Assembly: GCA_009778155.1 (NCBI GenBank)
Contig: WRKI01000353.1
Span: 1 to 43,325 of the forward strand
DNA: 43,325 nt
DNA from: Spirochaetota bacterium
Lineage (GTDB): Bacteria; Spirochaetota; Spirochaetia; Treponematales; Breznakiellaceae
Direction: 5' to 3'
Made by a program: the position numbers and the translations under genes
Notes under the pieces: generated by a model
The model's input: the letters and a program-made list of their open reading frames with translations, nothing else
Database searches by the model: none
Told to the model about the DNA's origin: nothing
Shown: one piece after another, positions 41,142 through 43,325 of the stretch
Layout: every line of letters begins with the position of its first letter
How positions within the stretch are numbered: position 1 is the first letter of the stretch

Positions 41142-41591
41142 ATGGCGTCCCGCAGAAAAGGGCGTATTCTGGCATTTCAAGCCTTGTATAGCTGGGAAGC
41201 CTGCCGCCCGTTAATAAGTGATCTGGTCTCTTTTTCATGGAGAAGTAGTGAAAAAGTCGCACTGGATGAATCTATTGCCAATTTTTCCCGGCTCTTAATT
41301 ACAGGCGCAATAGAAAACATCGAGGACATAGACGCCATGATAAAACAGCATCTTGAAAATTGGGATATTTCAAGACTTGGGCGTGTGGAACTTGCCATTA
41401 TCCGGATGTCGGTTTATTCGCTTATGTATCAAAAGGAAACCCCGCCGTCAATAGTGATTGACGAGGCGATTGGCATTGCAAAAGAGTTCGGCACGGACAA
41501 CTCTTTTAAGTTTGTCAACGGGGTTTTGGACAGCATACGCCGCAGTATACAGGCGGAAAAAAGAGAAATATGCCTTGAAAAAACCGAATGA
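41142..41591 (+). CDS. nusB: Transcription antitermination factor NusB
   Basis: MASRRKGRILAFQALY, WDISRL, IDEAIGIAKEFG, FVNGVLD. Confidence 0.96.
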   Translation: MASRRKGRILAFQALYSWEACRPLISDLVSFSWRSSEKVALDESIANFSRLLITGAIENIEDIDAMIKQHLENWDISRLGRVELAIIRMSVYSLMYQKETPPSIVIDEAIGIAKEFGTDNSFKFVNGVLDSIRRSIQAEKREICLEKTE

Positions 41592-43325
41592 TAAAACCAG
41601 CGAAAAACCCCGAAAAGTATCCCTGCGCAAAGTATGCTTTGCCGGCTTGGCACTGCTGATTTTGTCCTGCGGCATTTTTTTGGCGGCGCATTACATGGGA
41701 AGCAGGTCGGAAAACCTCCAGCTTCACGCGGCGGGTTTTAACAACCTGCTTAATGTTTACGATATGAGCCTTGGGGCGATCGAAGAGGCCGGGGGGGTGC
41801 CGGACTTTGTGCTTCTTAACCTACAGCTTGACCGGCTGGAGCTTGAAGCCGAAAGCGCGGAAAATTGGCTTTCCGTTCTAAAACGCCGAAGAAACCTTGC
41901 CGCGCTTGACCCCGCATATAACGCGGCCTTTATGCAGTCCGCGTTCCGGGCGGCGCAGGTTTTCCCTTGGTCTGCCCCCGTTGCGGCAGTCGCGGCTTCC
42001 GCCGTTATTCAGAATTACGCCGAAACTCCCCTTGCTGTCCGGCAGCAGTCGCATGATTTTCAGCGGTTAAACGCCATAATCCCGGCCTTTACAAACCCGC
42101 TTTTCGACCCTCTTCGTATTTCTTTGCACGTTCTAATGGGCGACTTTGAAAACATGGAAGAAGCCTTTGCGCTTTCTTTGCCCGGTTTTTCTGACATTGG
42201 CGCAATTGCCCCCTCTCCCCAAGATGAGCCGGCGGCACTTGAAGCGTTGGCCATAAACCTGATTGTTTTGGAAATTTTGAATAACAGGGGGCGGGAGAAC
42301 ATTGGCGCGGCTGGCGGCATAATCCAAAATATGCTGGACTTGTCGCCTTCGATAAACTTTATCACCTTTGCGGCAGAGTATCACTACGATTTTGGCGACG
42401 CTTTGTTTTCGGCGGAGCTTTTTTCAAGAGTTCCCGGCCTCTGGGCGCAGAGCCGCCAAGCGGATGCCTTGTGGCTGGGCGGCCAGACGGAAAGCGCCCG
42501 GGCCTTGTGGATGGCTATGGATGAGGCTTTGCCGAATGACGAGCGTGTTCTCTACAACCTTGCCGCCACTGCCGGCACGGAAGGCGAGGCTGTCGCTTTT
42601 TTGGAAAGGCTCACGGCTCTTAACTTGGGGACTGACGGCGCGGTTAGCGGCGCGTCGGATTCTTTGCAGCAAACTTTGGCGTATGCCTTTATCCGCTACA
42701 GCCGAATGCTGGATGCGCCCCGGGCGATAGCGGTGCTTCAATCCGCTCCGCAGGTTGGCGGTTTTGGGGAAACTGAACGTCCCTTGATCGACCTTGAGGT
42801 TCGCCGGCGGCTTGCCGAAAGCGAGGAGCTTGGCCGGCAAATGGCGGAAACATGGATGCTTTTGGAACGCCACGGCGCAAACGAGGAAATATATCAATGG
42901 GCGGCATGGTTCTTTGATTTCCAGCAAAACCGGGTGGAAATGGATATGCTTTTTTGGCACATTGAACGCCAGGGGCTTTACGGCGATTGGGCGCTTTTTC
43001 ATCAGGCTGGCGCGTTGATGCAAACCGGGGATTTAGACTCTGCAATGGGGCTTCTGCGCGGTCTCGCCGGGCAGGATGCCGGCTGGTATGTTTTTGCCAA
43101 CATCGGCCGCATTTTAGAGGCCACGGATGATTTTAACGGGGCTTTGGCTTATTACGGCATTGCTTTTGCAAGGGCGGGCAGTCCGCAAGTTGCCTCGCGT
43201 TTACAGCAGCAAAAAGCCCGTTGTTTCATTAGAATTGGCTTGGCGGATCAAGCCCGGGAAGCGTTGGAGTACGCCATCGTTCTTGACCCGCAAAACAATT
43301 CCGCCCGTTTTGAGCTTGGCCAGTT
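41575..43325 (+). CDS. Membrane-anchored tetratricopeptide-repeat protein (runs off the window end)
   Basis: Not in the track because it has no stop in the window. Frame from TTG 41575 has an N-terminal TM (AGLALLILSCGIFLAA) and C-terminal TPR-like repeats (ANIGRILE...ALAYY; AREALEYAIVLDPQN). Confidence 0.8.
   Translation, partial: MKKPNDKTSEKPRKVSLRKVCFAGLALLILSCGIFLAAHYMGSRSENLQLHAAGFNNLLNVYDMSLGAIEEAGGVPDFVLLNLQLDRLELEAESAENWLSVLKRRRNLAALDPAYNAAFMQSAFRAAQVFPWSAPVAAVAASAVIQNYAETPLAVRQQSHDFQRLNAIIPAFTNPLFDPLRISLHVLMGDFENMEEAFALSLPGFSDIGAIAPSPQDEPAALEALAINLIVLEILNNRGRENIGAAGGIIQNMLDLSPSINFITFAAEYHYDFGDALFSAELFSRVPGLWAQSRQADALWLGGQTESARALWMAMDEALPNDERVLYNLAATAGTEGEAVAFLERLTALNLGTDGAVSGASDSLQQTLAYAFIRYSRMLDAPRAIAVLQSAPQVGGFGETERPLIDLEVRRRLAESEELGRQMAETWMLLERHGANEEIYQWAAWFFDFQQNRVEMDMLFWHIERQGLYGDWALFHQAGALMQTGDLDSAMGLLRGLAGQDAGWYVFANIGRILEATDDFNGALAYYGIAFARAGSPQVASRLQQQKARCFIRIGLADQAREALEYAIVLDPQNNSARFELGQ

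Overview
Spirochaete chromosomal window, most likely Treponema-like (two flaA genes, spirochaete-type FlgM, short AlaRS, RpoB with the RRLNAL motif). It is mostly core genes: recR(partial)-ybaB-dnaX, flaA x2, an MCP, c-di-GMP/two-component genes, a trmH-family gene, flgM, rsmI, tRNA-Thr-rpmG-tRNA-Trp-secE-nusG-rplKAJL-rpoBC, a DUF362/amidase/SDR islet, an M15 peptidase-LCP pair, alaS, a SurA-like PPIase, nusB and a TPR protein (partial). The most unusual signals are in the accessory and non-coding DNA: (1) two diverged copies of a ~230-270 bp non-coding element with long terminal inverted repeats containing variable-number 8-bp repeats around a conserved core (14796-15065, 37689-37925); (2) a tandem pair of self-contained coiled-coil/PD-(D/E)XK nuclease cassettes (2497-4183); (3) two tiny paralogous genes bracketed by a perfect 28-bp palindrome and the second element copy; (4) at least two families of short REP-like hairpins, one showing covariation. 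No transposase, integrase, reverse transcriptase or CRISPR array is visible. All product calls come from recognising sequence motifs by eye, not from database searches.
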